Assembly (NCBI GenBank): GCA_965235115.1
Contig: OZ249436.1
Coordinates: forward strand, 21,640,001 to 21,704,000
DNA length: 64,000 bases
Origin: Laetmonice hystrix
Taxonomy: Eukaryota
Direction: 5' to 3'
The notes under the pieces were generated by a model that was not told where the DNA came from, did not search any database, and worked only from the letters and a program-made list of their open reading frames with translations. Every line of letters starts with the position of its first letter. Position 1 is the stretch's first letter. Below are positions 52,377 through 64,000 of this stretch, one piece after another. The translations under genes were made by a program, and so were the position numbers.

Positions 52377-55300
52377 ATGACAGATAAAAGTCTGTTATCA
52401 TTCGCCTTGACGGCAGGTGCAGGGGCACTGGCTACTGCCGCAGGAATTTACCTGACCGGAAAACTGAAAAGGATGATGAAGAAGAAGCCGAAGATGAGAA
52501 TGTTCAACAGTCACCTCCTCATGTCGACCAGGTGCACGTGGCTTATCAAAGGTAAATATTGCCATTCATTGCCAATGTGTGCCCTTTTAAAAAGGACCAT
52601 GTCAGTCATGACACCTAAATAGGTAGCCTTAGTTAATTAGTCAGGATATGTGGTACATTATTGTTAATTACATTATAACACTGAATTACCGTATGTTGAT
52701 TAGTAGGCTAGATGTGGGACATAAATAACATTTTGGATGGCAAGAATGTAGGCTAAGGCGAAGGATAGCCGATATGTTACAGATTTGTATTTGTTGGTCT
52801 ATATTGTCCTGTTGCAGAACTTGGTGCTGAATCAGACCTGGAATTTATTGATGAGCAGTGTCCATCGAGAGAAAAACCAAAAGAAATTTCCACCCAGCAA
52901 ACTGCAGAACTGCTTGGACTGTCTGAACCGCAGTATACTAGTCAGTTTAATCTTCAGTAACATCATGTTATGTCACTTTTGCAGCATTTTATCTGCTTGC
53001 CTCTATAAGACAAGGCATGCAGCACGTGCATGAGAGAGTTAATTAGGTTGCTAAAACATTTTGCTGTTTAATTACCACCATTTCCCCATTTAGATAACAT
53101 TTGAGGGATGAAGATTTATAAATACGTAAAAAGAGGTTTGGTATAGCTTCAACAATATAAAGTCTTGTGGCGGCAGTTCTATGGTGTAAAATTATGATTT
53201 AGACTGTCTGACTGAAAGGCTATATTTGTACTTCATTTTTTAGTGTAACCATTTTTCAGGAAAGCAGCAGTTTTAGCCACATTATTACAGGTTAAGTGAA
53301 TATGGTAAAACTATGTAGCAGCAAGCTTTTAAAACTAGTATCTTGTTCTTTTCATAATAGGTAGGCCTAAGGCTAAGAGACCTTTTGGGCAGATCACTTG
53401 ATCTTTTGAAAATATGAGCAACCGAGGCTGGAGAGATGTATTGGGTCCTGTCTGTGAGCAATTGCTTGTCACCAGGACATAAATGTGACAAATCTGGTGT
53501 AAGTAGCATGATGCATTAAAATGCATGTAAAATATGTTGCAATAATTATTTAAACTTCAACTAAAATTCTGAGCCCAGCAGAAGATGGCAAGTAGTTTTA
53601 ACCTCCCACTGAAATTCTAATTCTGATGTTCTTGAGATTTTTATGGGTTGTCACTGAACTGTGATGAGAATATGTTTGCCACAATGCACTTAGAGCCCTT
53701 CCCCAGATCATTAATTTGCTTTCTTAAACCACATCCAGATGTTGGAGCCATTTAATTCCCATTGGTCAGTCATGCATGCATGTCTCCAAAAAGTTCTCAT
53801 TGATTACTCATTTACGATGTTCATAAATATACTTGTTTAAAATATATCTACTTGTACTACAGATTCAAATACCGTACATTGTAAATTGAGGATATGTTAT
53901 TGACGTCATTTTAAAAGGTGAGAGCCATGGGAACAAGAACCACAAAGTCATGTTGCCGAACCAGAAAGATGTGGATTCTGATGATGATATTACGGACTAC
54001 GATGAACCTAGCTATGATGAACCTGGTCCACCAAACTTTGTCCCTGCACTTGTCGTCAATGATGAGTTCACAATGATAGAGGGTGCTGCCATTTGTATGT
54101 ACCTGGCAGACATGTATGGCCAGTTCCTTCCTCAGCCACAGTACAAATCTGAATATTACAGGTAGGATCAAAGTTTTATCCAAGACTACTGTAGGAGTTG
54201 ATTATTTCAAGATGATATAAGTTTATAGATTGATGTCAAAGTGGTATGTAGGCCTATAACTTGCTTTAGATTTTGTCATAAGGTGTCCTAGTTTACAGAG
54301 ACAATTGTATATTCGGAAGCCTGAGGTGACTCTCGTTAGACCTCTTGGACTAAGGGTTTAAACATGATTTTCAGTGTGTGGCCCCAGATCACAGCACGAG
54401 GACCGAGAAGGAACGTCGAGGTCCGAGTGCTGTGATCTGGGGCCACACACTGAAAATCATGTTTAAACCCTGTTCTACCATGACAATACCATATCTTAGA
54501 CACTATTTTATTTTATAAATAATACCTAAAATATCAGAGAAAAGGCTTACCGAGTTTATAAGCTCTACATTATGCAGGGATGAAAGTGGCCAGCTGTAAA
54601 ATTTCCTGAAATCCTGACCGGGGGGCAGCGGCGGGGGCCAATGTCCATAATTAATATTTGTTCATGAATGTGCACATCCAAGGGGCTTACTCTCCCCCCC
54701 TTAAAAAAAGTCAGGCTAGGAACAGCAGACAATCATGATCCGATAAGGCCTCCTAGCTATTATATATTATAGGCCCTAGCCCTCAGTATTTAGTCGCCAC
54801 CCACCCCCCCCCCCCAACCTCCCCCCCCCCCCAACCCCTGCAAATTTGCTTGATAGACTCCATCACTCATCAGTCCATGCCCCTGTTCAAGGCTGTTGCT
54901 TGCCTGTCACTCAGTGTCAACCTCTGCCTGGCTCTGCCGTCTCTCTCCAACATTGGAATCCAGTCGGCTTTTAGCGTCCAAAATGCACCCGATTACGTTG
55001 TCAAACAGCTTCCATGTGTTAGACTGACCACACAGGCTGTTCATCAGTCTTGACCCTCAGCGGCTCTCAGCCAAGCAACACAGTCGCTGAGTCGAGTGGT
55101 TCAGCCCGTGTGTCCATGTGCCACTCATGTTGTTGTGAATATTGTCACTTCCGGTCTTATCAGAACACCTGCACTGATCAACAAATGTAATGAAAAGTCC
55201 TGACAACCCCAAAACTTCAGTGAAAACCACTTACGTAATGCCACTATCCTCAAATATATATGCAAGAAAACATTATGAGAACTTACTGACATATATACTA

Positions 55301-57157
55301 GGCAGATTCATAGAACTAAATTGACCCAGTTTCCTGTGAGGAGTGACATTGTGATGGTGCGTAGTTCGTCAGCCTAATCACTATCACCAACGCCGGGACT
55401 AGACAGACCGGTCTGTCTATAGTCTCGTTGCTATCACTAAGCGAGCGCTCAGGCAAAACACGCGTATGGATATGACATTTGGCAAGCCTGAATCAACGGG
55501 CTTTGCAGCTACCTGACCATTCAGTTTTGCCTGAAGCCATTACCTGATCGAGGTGAGTCGCTCTCACCACAGCGACACGGGGCCGTGCCTGCCAGACGGG
55601 ACAGACGCCACCGCGTGCCGGTAGAAGTCAGCCCATGCGGGCCGGTCTATGTAAGCGATGTGACCACAGCTACAGGGACCGCGGGCGGTACACCAGCACC
55701 CCCGGCAGACCGGCCTATGCACGGCGGCACCCGTGACACTGGACGGGTTTGAGACACTCTAATATCCCCATCTATAAACGAACTTTGGGCAGGTATAGAT
55801 ATATTGAGCTGCATGGTGTTAAAAAAACGTCCTGGAAGGGGATATTGTTTCATTTGAAATGAACAAATAAAATTGCCCACCACACAGTCCAGGGCAATAC
55901 TTAGCCTTGGCTTAGGCCTACCTCTTTGCCTACAGATCTAGGCTTATTTCCTTTTTTGGGTGTTATTTTTTTTTGGGGGGGGGGGGGGGATTTTTTCAAA
56001 TTTCCTGATTTCAGGAAATTTCCTGAAAACTTTCATCCCTGATTATGACCGTGTTTACAAGTGGCAGTGCATTCCGAGCACGTTATGAAAGGCACCACCT
56101 CAGTGGTTCATATCAGTCTAATTGTGACGCTCTCACAATTGTTAGTAATTGTGTCGTCGTCATTGTGATTGTGTCGGCATAATTAAATAGATTTTGAACC
56201 AATCACGTTCTATCTTACAACCGCTGACCGTGCTGTTGGTCGCTTTTACCATGCTGTTGGTCTTGAGACCAACAGCACGGTGTTAATCCATCGTTCTCTA
56301 TAGGGAGTGCACGGCTAGGCATGGTAGAACAGGAATTGATGCCCAGTTAACACAAAATGATGTAGCGACTGGACTTGCTTCCCACAGTTTCTGACTAGCT
56401 ATTTCTTGTTATGTTACACCATATGTATAGACAAAACCATAACACTGTGTGTAAATATAGCATTTGTACCAAATATAAGTTCTAACAAATTTTAACCATT
56501 TTCTACTGGTATATAAACAGATGGATTGTCTACACAGCAGCTACCTTTGACAACATCATCAAAACTCTCCAGCACCAACTTATCGACACTCCCATTTCCC
56601 GGCAAGACCCACACATTGTGCAGTCAGCTCTGAAGGGATATCATGCATTTGCAAGGGCATTATCAGAAGCGTTGTCCACTTCAAATTATTTATGTGGTGA
56701 AAAGTAAGAACTTATTAAGTTCCTGCAAGAGGAGGACACCTTGTGAGAGCACCATAACATTTCCTTGACTGAACATATCTTTATGCTAATTATTCTGTTC
56801 CCATCCCTGCCAAATAGTAGATTCTATGTACACACGACGTATCTAATAAGCCGCTCTGGACGTCCTGCTGACAGAATGTTTTCTCAATCTCATGACATGA
56901 GTGACTTTTTAATAATAAATAAACGTGTTTGTTACAGATTTACTGCAGCTGACTGTGTGCTTGGGTTCAGTTTGTGGTGGGCTTACACCATTCAAGATGG
57001 ATTTCTACTGGAGCCATATCCTGAACTACTGGAGTATCTTGCCAAGTTACGCTCCAGACAGGCTTTCATTGAAACCTTTGGGGCCGATGATGCCTGGGAC
57101 TGGAGTCGATGTGTTCCCACTTACCTAAGAGCTATCAAGACAACAGATAGAAAATAA
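52377..57157 (+). CDS. Glutathione S-transferase-fold protein B (paralog of A) with a membrane anchor and acidic insertion, 5 exons, ~314 aa
   Basis: Exons 52377-52551, 52818-52940, 53918-54161, 56521-56703, 56938-57157, in phase. Motifs: MSTRCTWLIKELG, FVPALVVNDEFTMIEGAAICMYLADMY, YLCGEKFTAADCVLGF and YLAKLRSRQAF. Shares three intron positions and a 183-nt exon with A. Confidence 0.85.
54353..56333. mobile_element. Unclassified non-autonomous element with a terminal long palindrome and an internal/terminal IR pair
   Basis: Perfect 45-bp inverted arms at 54353-54471. CCTGTTCTACCATG (54469-54482) is the inverse of CATGGTAGAACAGG (56320-56333). Second hairpin at ~56240-56281. Confidence 0.5.
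54575..56041. mobile_element. ~1.47-kb non-autonomous hAT-like element with 6-bp TSD, nested
   Basis: ATTATG|CAGGGATGAAAGT...ACTTTCATCCCTG|ATTATG; subterminal TTTCCTGA repeats at both ends. Confidence 0.8.
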
Positions 57158-59048
57158 GTTCTCCATTATACATATAAGTTATTCCACATGTGAAACGTTT
57201 TGTATAGTAACTGTTTGAAAAGAGACAATTTTTTGTAGAGTACAGCAGGGTGGAGTTGATAAGTAAGCTACATTTATACACAAACGTGAATGTCACGTTG
57301 GGTGTCTCAAGCTAGGATACTGGAAGTAGTGTGGACCATCCTAGGGGCATTGTAATTATTTTGACTTATACAGAACTTTACAGGCCAATTTGACCAAATG
57401 TTTGGAAGTTGCTCTAAATAGGCTTGAACATTATACATGTCTATATTATGTGCCTTTGGAAAGATTTGGAGAGTAAAACTCCACCCATTTGGATGCCCAT
57501 CAAGGGAATAAGGTCGACCACCAATTCTAAAAAGGTTCCCAGTTTGTGCTGGACTCTGAAGACTACAAGACCTTAGAAGGATTGTCATCATTTTCTATCA
57601 GCTTGCCAGGATTTGATTTCTTTTCAACAATGGCCAGAAAATGAGTGATAAAAAAGCTGACTGACGCACCACCCCTATAACCATGCTACGAGATATCCGG
57701 CACCAATCATTGACATTGGATACAGGTATCCTATTGAGTATTGTAGGTAGGAATTAGACCGGAAACTGTCCATCTTGTTAGGTGCAGTGAGCCAGTAGCG
57801 CAGCAGCCATTTTTAACAGAATTGCGACTTAAATTGTGGCCTTAATTGTGTACATGATCGACACATGCCGTTGGCTGGTAGATCTAGGTCTGCCAGATGG
57901 ACTATAAAAGAAATAGGGAGGGATACCATTGCCCAGGAAAAATCTGCAGCCTCTGACGGATTGCCTTGTAAGTTGTATGGTTCGTTAAAAAAATAAAACC
58001 TTTTTTTACGGTTGTCTGGTGTAGTGTACTTATTCTTTATAAAACCCCGTCAGTTTTCAAAAGTCATTGTGTAAGCAATTCTGGGGGTGTGGGGCGATCC
58101 CCTCGATCGTTTCATCCATAAAAAAATAAAGACACGTGCCCTTTCTGGATGTACCGGTACCCGTAGGCGTAGTTCAATCGGCTTAGACTATAAACGTCAA
58201 AGAACCTTGAGGTGCTTTGCTAACGTTACGTAGCGTAGGTGGTATTGAACGGGCCTTCTTGGACGAGTAACACCAATTTGACTGGGTCTTTAACGCGTTT
58301 TGATTGGTCAAGAGAAATATCTCTTCAATTTATCAGCCAATAGCATCAAAGCGCTGGCCTCGTTGAAGCAGAATGTGGGAAAATCCGGGGGAAAGTTCAA
58401 GAGATGATGACGGACGAGAAAGATGGTATTTATTATTTGAATACTTGTGATTAAACCCCTAACTCTGACAGATCTATGTAATCCACAGGACAAGTTTGCG
58501 GTTCACCTTGTGTTATAATTTCTGCATCAACATTATAAAGACAAGGTGCAATCTTTTCGTGTTCGTTAATATTTTACACCCATTATCGCCCTGTTACAGT
58601 GTTAGTGTTATGGAAGGGCTCGATTAAGTTAACAGCGAAGACTTAAGTTACCGGTAATTGAATTCGGTCTTCAAAACAGTGGAGCCTTCAAAACAACCTG
58701 GCTAATCATTCTGTCTCTTATCGCCCACATATTTCAGAATGTTGTAAATAAAGCACCACCCAACTGTTTACACTCCAAGCTTGCCCTGATACGCTAATTG
58801 ATGTCACCTGCTTTATTCCCACCTGTCAATATGGTTGCCTACTTGTTGTAGGGATGCCGAACCAATTTATTTGGTCAAACTTAGGCACTTAGGCTAAAAC
58901 AAATATGAGCCATGGCATAGGCCTATATGGCCATGGACCTTGCATTTCTTAAGTAAAGCTTTTGATTCTTGAACTAGGATGTGTGATGTGTATGGATCAT
59001 GTTGCCAGGGATCGAAATAACCTGGCGCCTCAGCACTATTAGCACCTG

Positions 59049-59521
59049 GGGCCCGTTTCACTAAGAATGTTTGTCCCCAAGCGGGGACATCCCCAAAACG
59101 GGACCTCCCGGCAACATCCCCCAATGACTTTTTCACTAACAAAATGTCACAGGTCGCTGATTGCTGCTTATGCTGATGATAATTCGCCCAGCAGAGAAAC
59201 TTAAAACATGCTGTTTTAACACCCTTTGTAGTCCATTTTACATTCTTATGTTGTGTTTCTGGCACTGGGCAGAGAAAGCAAGATCTCTACTTTACGGTTA
59301 GACACATTTTAGCTTTTATTTACTTAAAGATATACCTATAATTAACGTTATTTTATTGGCGATTTGGCGGGGACTGCTCAGAAGCAGTCCCCACTGAAAT
59401 CCCCGATTCGGGAATGTCCCCGGGGAGGGACTTTTTAGTGAAACACCTTGAGTGGGGATGTCTCCAATCTGGGGACATTGGTGGAGATTTTGGCTAGGGA
59501 CATTGTTAGTGAAACGGGCCC
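59049..59521. mobile_element. PIF/Harbinger-like MITE with CTG TSD
   Basis: CTG|GGGCCCGTTTCACTAAGAATGT...ACATTGTTAGTGAAACGGGCCC|CTG. Confidence 0.8.
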
Positions 59522-59635
59522 CTGGTTCCCAGTAAAAAGCCCCTGGCCCCTCTATTTTCAGCTAGTGTCTGGTGTTATAAATAGCACCAGGTCCCTTCCT
59601 GTTTCAAGACACTCAATTCTCTCCACAAGGCCCAG

Positions 59636-59775
59636 GGGCTCGTTGCACTAACATAGGACTGGTCCTACGTAGGACCAGTCCTAGGACTGAAATTGTAGGA
59701 CCGAGGTACAACCAGTCCCAAAAAGTGTTGCACTAAACCAGTCCTACGGCGGTCCTACATTTCACTCCTACGGCA
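59636..59775. mobile_element. Left end of another Harbinger-like element
   Basis: CAG|GGGCTCGTTGCACTAAC followed by the perfect 30-bp palindrome TAGGACTGGTCCTACGTAGGACCAGTCCTA (59654-59683). The right end was not identified. Confidence 0.45.
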
Positions 59776-61289
59776 GGCTTTGGCGCAAACTTTGCACTGT
59801 AACCATGGAAACTGGGACCGATTTTGACGTTGCGAGCTGGCTCATATCCGCAATGTTTGTTTAATGTCGCATCGCGATGACAGGTCGACTTTATGAAGCA
59901 GTCTAAAGAATTGGAATTAAATGTTGTCTGTTGTTGGATGTTTTAGACAGTTAGCTATCATCAGGTGGGTGTGAATTGTTCAAATCTGCAGGTTTAAGTG
60001 AAAGCTGTATTTTTCAGCTGAAACATCGCTGTGGCCGCACAATTTGGCAAGAAATTGGCAAACCGACTTGCGACTAATCGACTATAGCTGATTTCTCTCT
60101 GTAGTTTAATATTTCATCAGATATTTCTCTTGTACGGTGAATGTCACTTTTTATAATCTCGGTTTTGGGATTTAGAGGTACGTTAGATTTTATAGATACC
60201 ATAAAGGGCGGCCGACTTTGCAAAAACAGGGTTAAATGCGTAGGGGCCCGATTTTGCCCGTAAAAAAAGTCAGGTATGGCAGAGGGGTAGTGGAGCGAGC
60301 CCCTCTGCATTATGGGAGATTGCATTCACACCTCTAATATCAAATTGCAACAACTATTATGCCTTATCTTGGGATCCCCATCATCATATGAACAGATACT
60401 CAGTACGGTTTCCTAGGAGAAATCAAGCGTAATAGACGCCTAGATTTCTGTGGCAGAAAATTTCAGTGTGGAGGCCATGACACTGTGAGCGCCACCTAGT
60501 GAGGTCTGGCATGCCTCTTACTTGCTGCTCAGTTCAGTTTCTAAAGGGTGTCTATGGGGGCAATTTTGTATCTTAGATGTCATGATCAAAATCCCCCAAA
60601 GATGTCAAAACGGTGACATCTCCCCCCTTTTTTTATCTTTTTTTGTTATGATTTTTTTATTTCATTTTAAACCTACTATAACACACACACATTATACGAA
60701 TTGCATTTGACAAAGAAAATACAACATTTGTGGACGCTACAGACTACAGTGACAATTGGTGGATTACCATATACTGTACATGTAGTGCAACACAGTATAT
60801 AGCACAGTGTTTATGGATATGATACAGTAGATAATGTACAATGCAGTATGATTTTACCATGTATTTAGGATTTGTCTCCAACCATCATTAAACACGTCTT
60901 CTTGATTGCGCCTTGTCGTCTATTCTAGAGTAATTAATTTGAATTTTAAATACTTTTTACAAACAACCCAATTTCTTTCATTATCACCATCTATTAGTCT
61001 TCTATGGATATGGTATTTAACCAGTAGGATGATAAAATTCAATCTTTGGTATTTTTGACATCTCCCCTGCTGGAAGAGATCACACAGGAAAAATTGAAAT
61101 GACGGCCATCTAGGTGTCTGCAAGCATGTAAAACGTGTCTGAAAAAAATAAAGAATGCAAGACTTTCAAAAAGATTTTCCAGCTGCAAGGTTTTGAGTCA
61201 CACGGCCGGATTCTTTGGAACAGACAATTTTTTATAGTTGGCCTAATGCTAAAAAGTATTACTTAAACATCATTGTATGATTTTTGCAG

Positions 61290-62496
61290 GATGCTGGTGG
61301 CAATCACGGTTTGCCACAACTCAGTGGTCACAGCACACCAGATGCTCTGCGTATCCTGCATGATGAGTTAAAAGGTGTGATAGCAGGGCATGTGATCAAC
61401 CAGCGGTTGCGCACCAACACTTCAAAGTGGCTGCATTGTTTCTTACATCACAAGAATCGTCACTCAGCTCTGCACTGGACCAACTGTTTTGTTCTTCTTC
61501 TTCTAGCATTGTTCCTTATTGTGGCTTATGGAGCCCAACAGTTCAGGTTGGTATTTTTGGATTATTTCACCTGATAATTTTCCCAGGGTTCAGAAATATA
61601 ATATGAATGTTCCATTTTGTAACTCGATATCAAATTTGCCCATTCAAAATGGACGATAATCAAGAAAAAAGCACTATGAACTTCATGCAAATTCATCGAG
61701 ACTTTAAGAAAAGCAAAACATCAAAGTTTGGGGCTATTTAGCAGATCTGTATTTTTCCCCCATGTTTGACTGATCCACTTTATTCATGGTGTCAGAAATC
61801 ACTGGCTAGTTGTGGAGGCCTTGTTGTTGCTGGTGACAGTGGTTGTCAATGTGTATGGTGTTGGACTCGATGAAAAACTAAAGGAGAGTGAGATCATCAG
61901 CCGCACTCAGAAGGTGCTCAAGACAATCAATGGTATGTTTCCTATAAAGCATCGTTAGTTTATGAAAGCTGTCAAATAACTCGCATGGAAAGAAAACCTT
62001 GAAGGTGTATTTAACTATTTTTGATATCACTTCTGTTGGTCATATTATAGTTTCTTTACGAGTGGAAGTAGTCTCTTAACTCTTTTTCATCTATTTAGTG
62101 ACCAGTTAGTACCTACTGTATACATTATTCTTTTCACAAAATTTACAGATCTATATATTTAGAACATTTACCTCATTCTATAGCAGATTTCTGTGTCTCC
62201 TGCAATTTGAAATTGGCATACTTTTAAGATTATATGATGGTTTCAACATTGTATAATTTTGAAGAAGCATTCCCTCTAAGAAATCTTTGTTTGGTTGAGC
62301 AGAATGCATAGAAGGTGCACCCTGGTTCAAGGATCACTATGTGAGTATCCATGCACCACTGGCCCCCAGCGTCTCACTTCAGTGGACATATAGAGATGGA
62401 GTGGTGGTCAATCTACCCTGTGGATTCCTGGTTGAGGGAGACATCATCCTGCTACGGCCTGGCCAGGTTGTTCCCGCCAAATGTCGTACCCTTCAA
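61290..62496 (+). CDS. TMEM94: Transmembrane protein 94 (KIAA0195; P-type ATPase-like), 5' exons; continues past the right edge
   Basis: Exons 61290-61546, 61796-61932, 62303-62496, in phase. Motifs: GHSTPDALRILHDEL, CFLHHKNRHSALHW and HAPLAPSVSLQWTYRDGVVVNLPCGFLVEGDIILLRPGQ. The start exon is uncertain (candidate ATG|GTATTT at 58423-58425). Confidence 0.9.
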
Positions 62497-64000
62497 GTAA
62501 GTTTCTTCCCCAATCCTGTTTCTGAAGCAAAATTTTATAGCTGAAGGTGATTCCCCGTTGGTGAGATGGTCAAAGTTCATATTGGTTTTTGAAATCCCCA
62601 AAGTCACACTCTATTCCAGGCATGAAATCATGAAAAGTGAGAGTAGAAAGAACAACGAAAATATCGAGGTTAAACACTTTTGTGTCCTTTATGGTTGTTG
62701 AGTGGAAACGGCTTGACTAAAGAATTTTGTTACATCTCAGAAATCTAAACCATTTAAGTTCCCTGCATTCCATAAATTATAAGATCTCTGTTGGATTGGA
62801 CTAGTGTACCAAATTGATCCTAGTTTATGATAGAGTAATGTTACAAAAGTTCAACCTTTAGGAGAGATGTAAGGAATTTTACTCAATGGGGTTTTTGAAA
62901 GGACAGCACATTTTAGATAGAGGCTTTTGCAAAATGATAAGTAAAATGCAACAATTGATAATTATGATTCAATTGTAGACATAAAGGAGAATAAATCATT
63001 TGAGGGTTTTCAATCAAAATGTGCACGGTCTAGTACATTACACATCACGTCAGCCATGTTGAGGAGTTTCCCTGATTTTGCAGTGGTTCATGTCGTGTAT
63101 GCCTGAGTCAGTCTTGTAACATGTCTGTGATCTCCAATTTTGTTTTACTTACTCAACATAATGGAATGTAGACACATGTCCAGGTAGTACTGTATGATGA
63201 TACATTTATTCATTAAATATTCCTTGACCAAACATTTTTACTTCATTTAAGAGTAGTGTGGTCCTTTTTTTTAGATATTCGTTGCACAGTCATTAACCTC
63301 TTCATTATAGCGACCTTAGTAATCAAGTATTTGTAATGAGTCAAACAGAATGGTTTGCAGTTAGCCTAAGTGGCCACTTTATGGTTTAAAGAATCATTTC
63401 TCACATGACCTTTCTGAGTGGATCTCTGTTAGCCCTGACCCACATCCCCACGCAATATCAGCCTGTGACCAACACGTATCAGCATGGATGACCTTTGACC
63501 CACATCTGTGTCAGCATATGACATAATTATTCAATTTGCCCAGCATGTGAGCTAAAATCTTTAGGCCAACCAGCATGTAACCTAAGCCGAACCAGCGTGT
63601 AACCCACAAAGCAGGGGGAGATTTAGAACATGAGTCAGCAGGACTCCCAAGTTGGATGTATAAAAAAATTACCAATTACAGGCTGTGTTATGCAATCAAG
63701 ATGTGTGCAAATATCTGGGAGACAGTCGTACTCATAGGCAGGTGGCTACCTGGAGTCCGTCACGATTTTTAGGAGTCTCGGACTGACAGACTCCTGTCTA
63801 AATTAACACCTGAAGAGTATATATCAGACTTGCAGTACTGCTGTATCAGACTTGCCCTGCTCTCCATCATGTGATCTAGATTTGGCCCGACCCTCTAGCA
63901 TGTGACAGACCTGGTGTGTTTGACACATGAACAGCACACACAAAAATATATAAAAACTTTACTTGGTGTCTTTTATAATTCTATAAATTTACCTGCCAAT

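Noticed and set aside
53361..53508. Possible extra GST-B exon (AG...GTAAGT), including a TGA that might be selenocysteine
   Set aside because: Stops in all three frames, with TAA after the TGA. Exons 2 and 3 already join in phase without it, and I saw no convincing SECIS.

Overview
Gene-dense, intron-rich animal DNA from a non-vertebrate bilaterian, probably a marine lophotrochozoan (inferred from gene content and repeats; not provable here). It is not prokaryotic. I assembled eight spliced genes by reading GT-AG boundaries and checking phase. In order: an unidentified gene (minus, runs off the left edge) head-to-head with NPLOC4; WIPI2-like (minus); CYBC1/EROS (minus) head-to-head with HEXD; a head-to-head pair of N-terminally membrane-anchored, GTT1/bacterial-like glutathione S-transferases; and the 5' part of TMEM94. 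Introns and UTRs hold many non-autonomous DNA transposons: hAT-like with 5/6/7/8-bp TSDs, Kolobok-like TTAA, Harbinger-like CWG, Tc1/mariner-like TA and Helentron/HINE-like. There are also a 164-bp satellite and SINE remnants. No autonomous transposase, CRISPR, rRNA or convincing tRNA was seen. The best leads are the unusual GST pair (one copy may be a pseudo-enzyme), a 33-bp tandem repeat that multiplies a WIPI 5' splice site eightfold, ancient linkage with human 17q25 genes, and a pre-miRNA-like hairpin. Exon coordinates were counted by hand and need RNA-seq confirmation.
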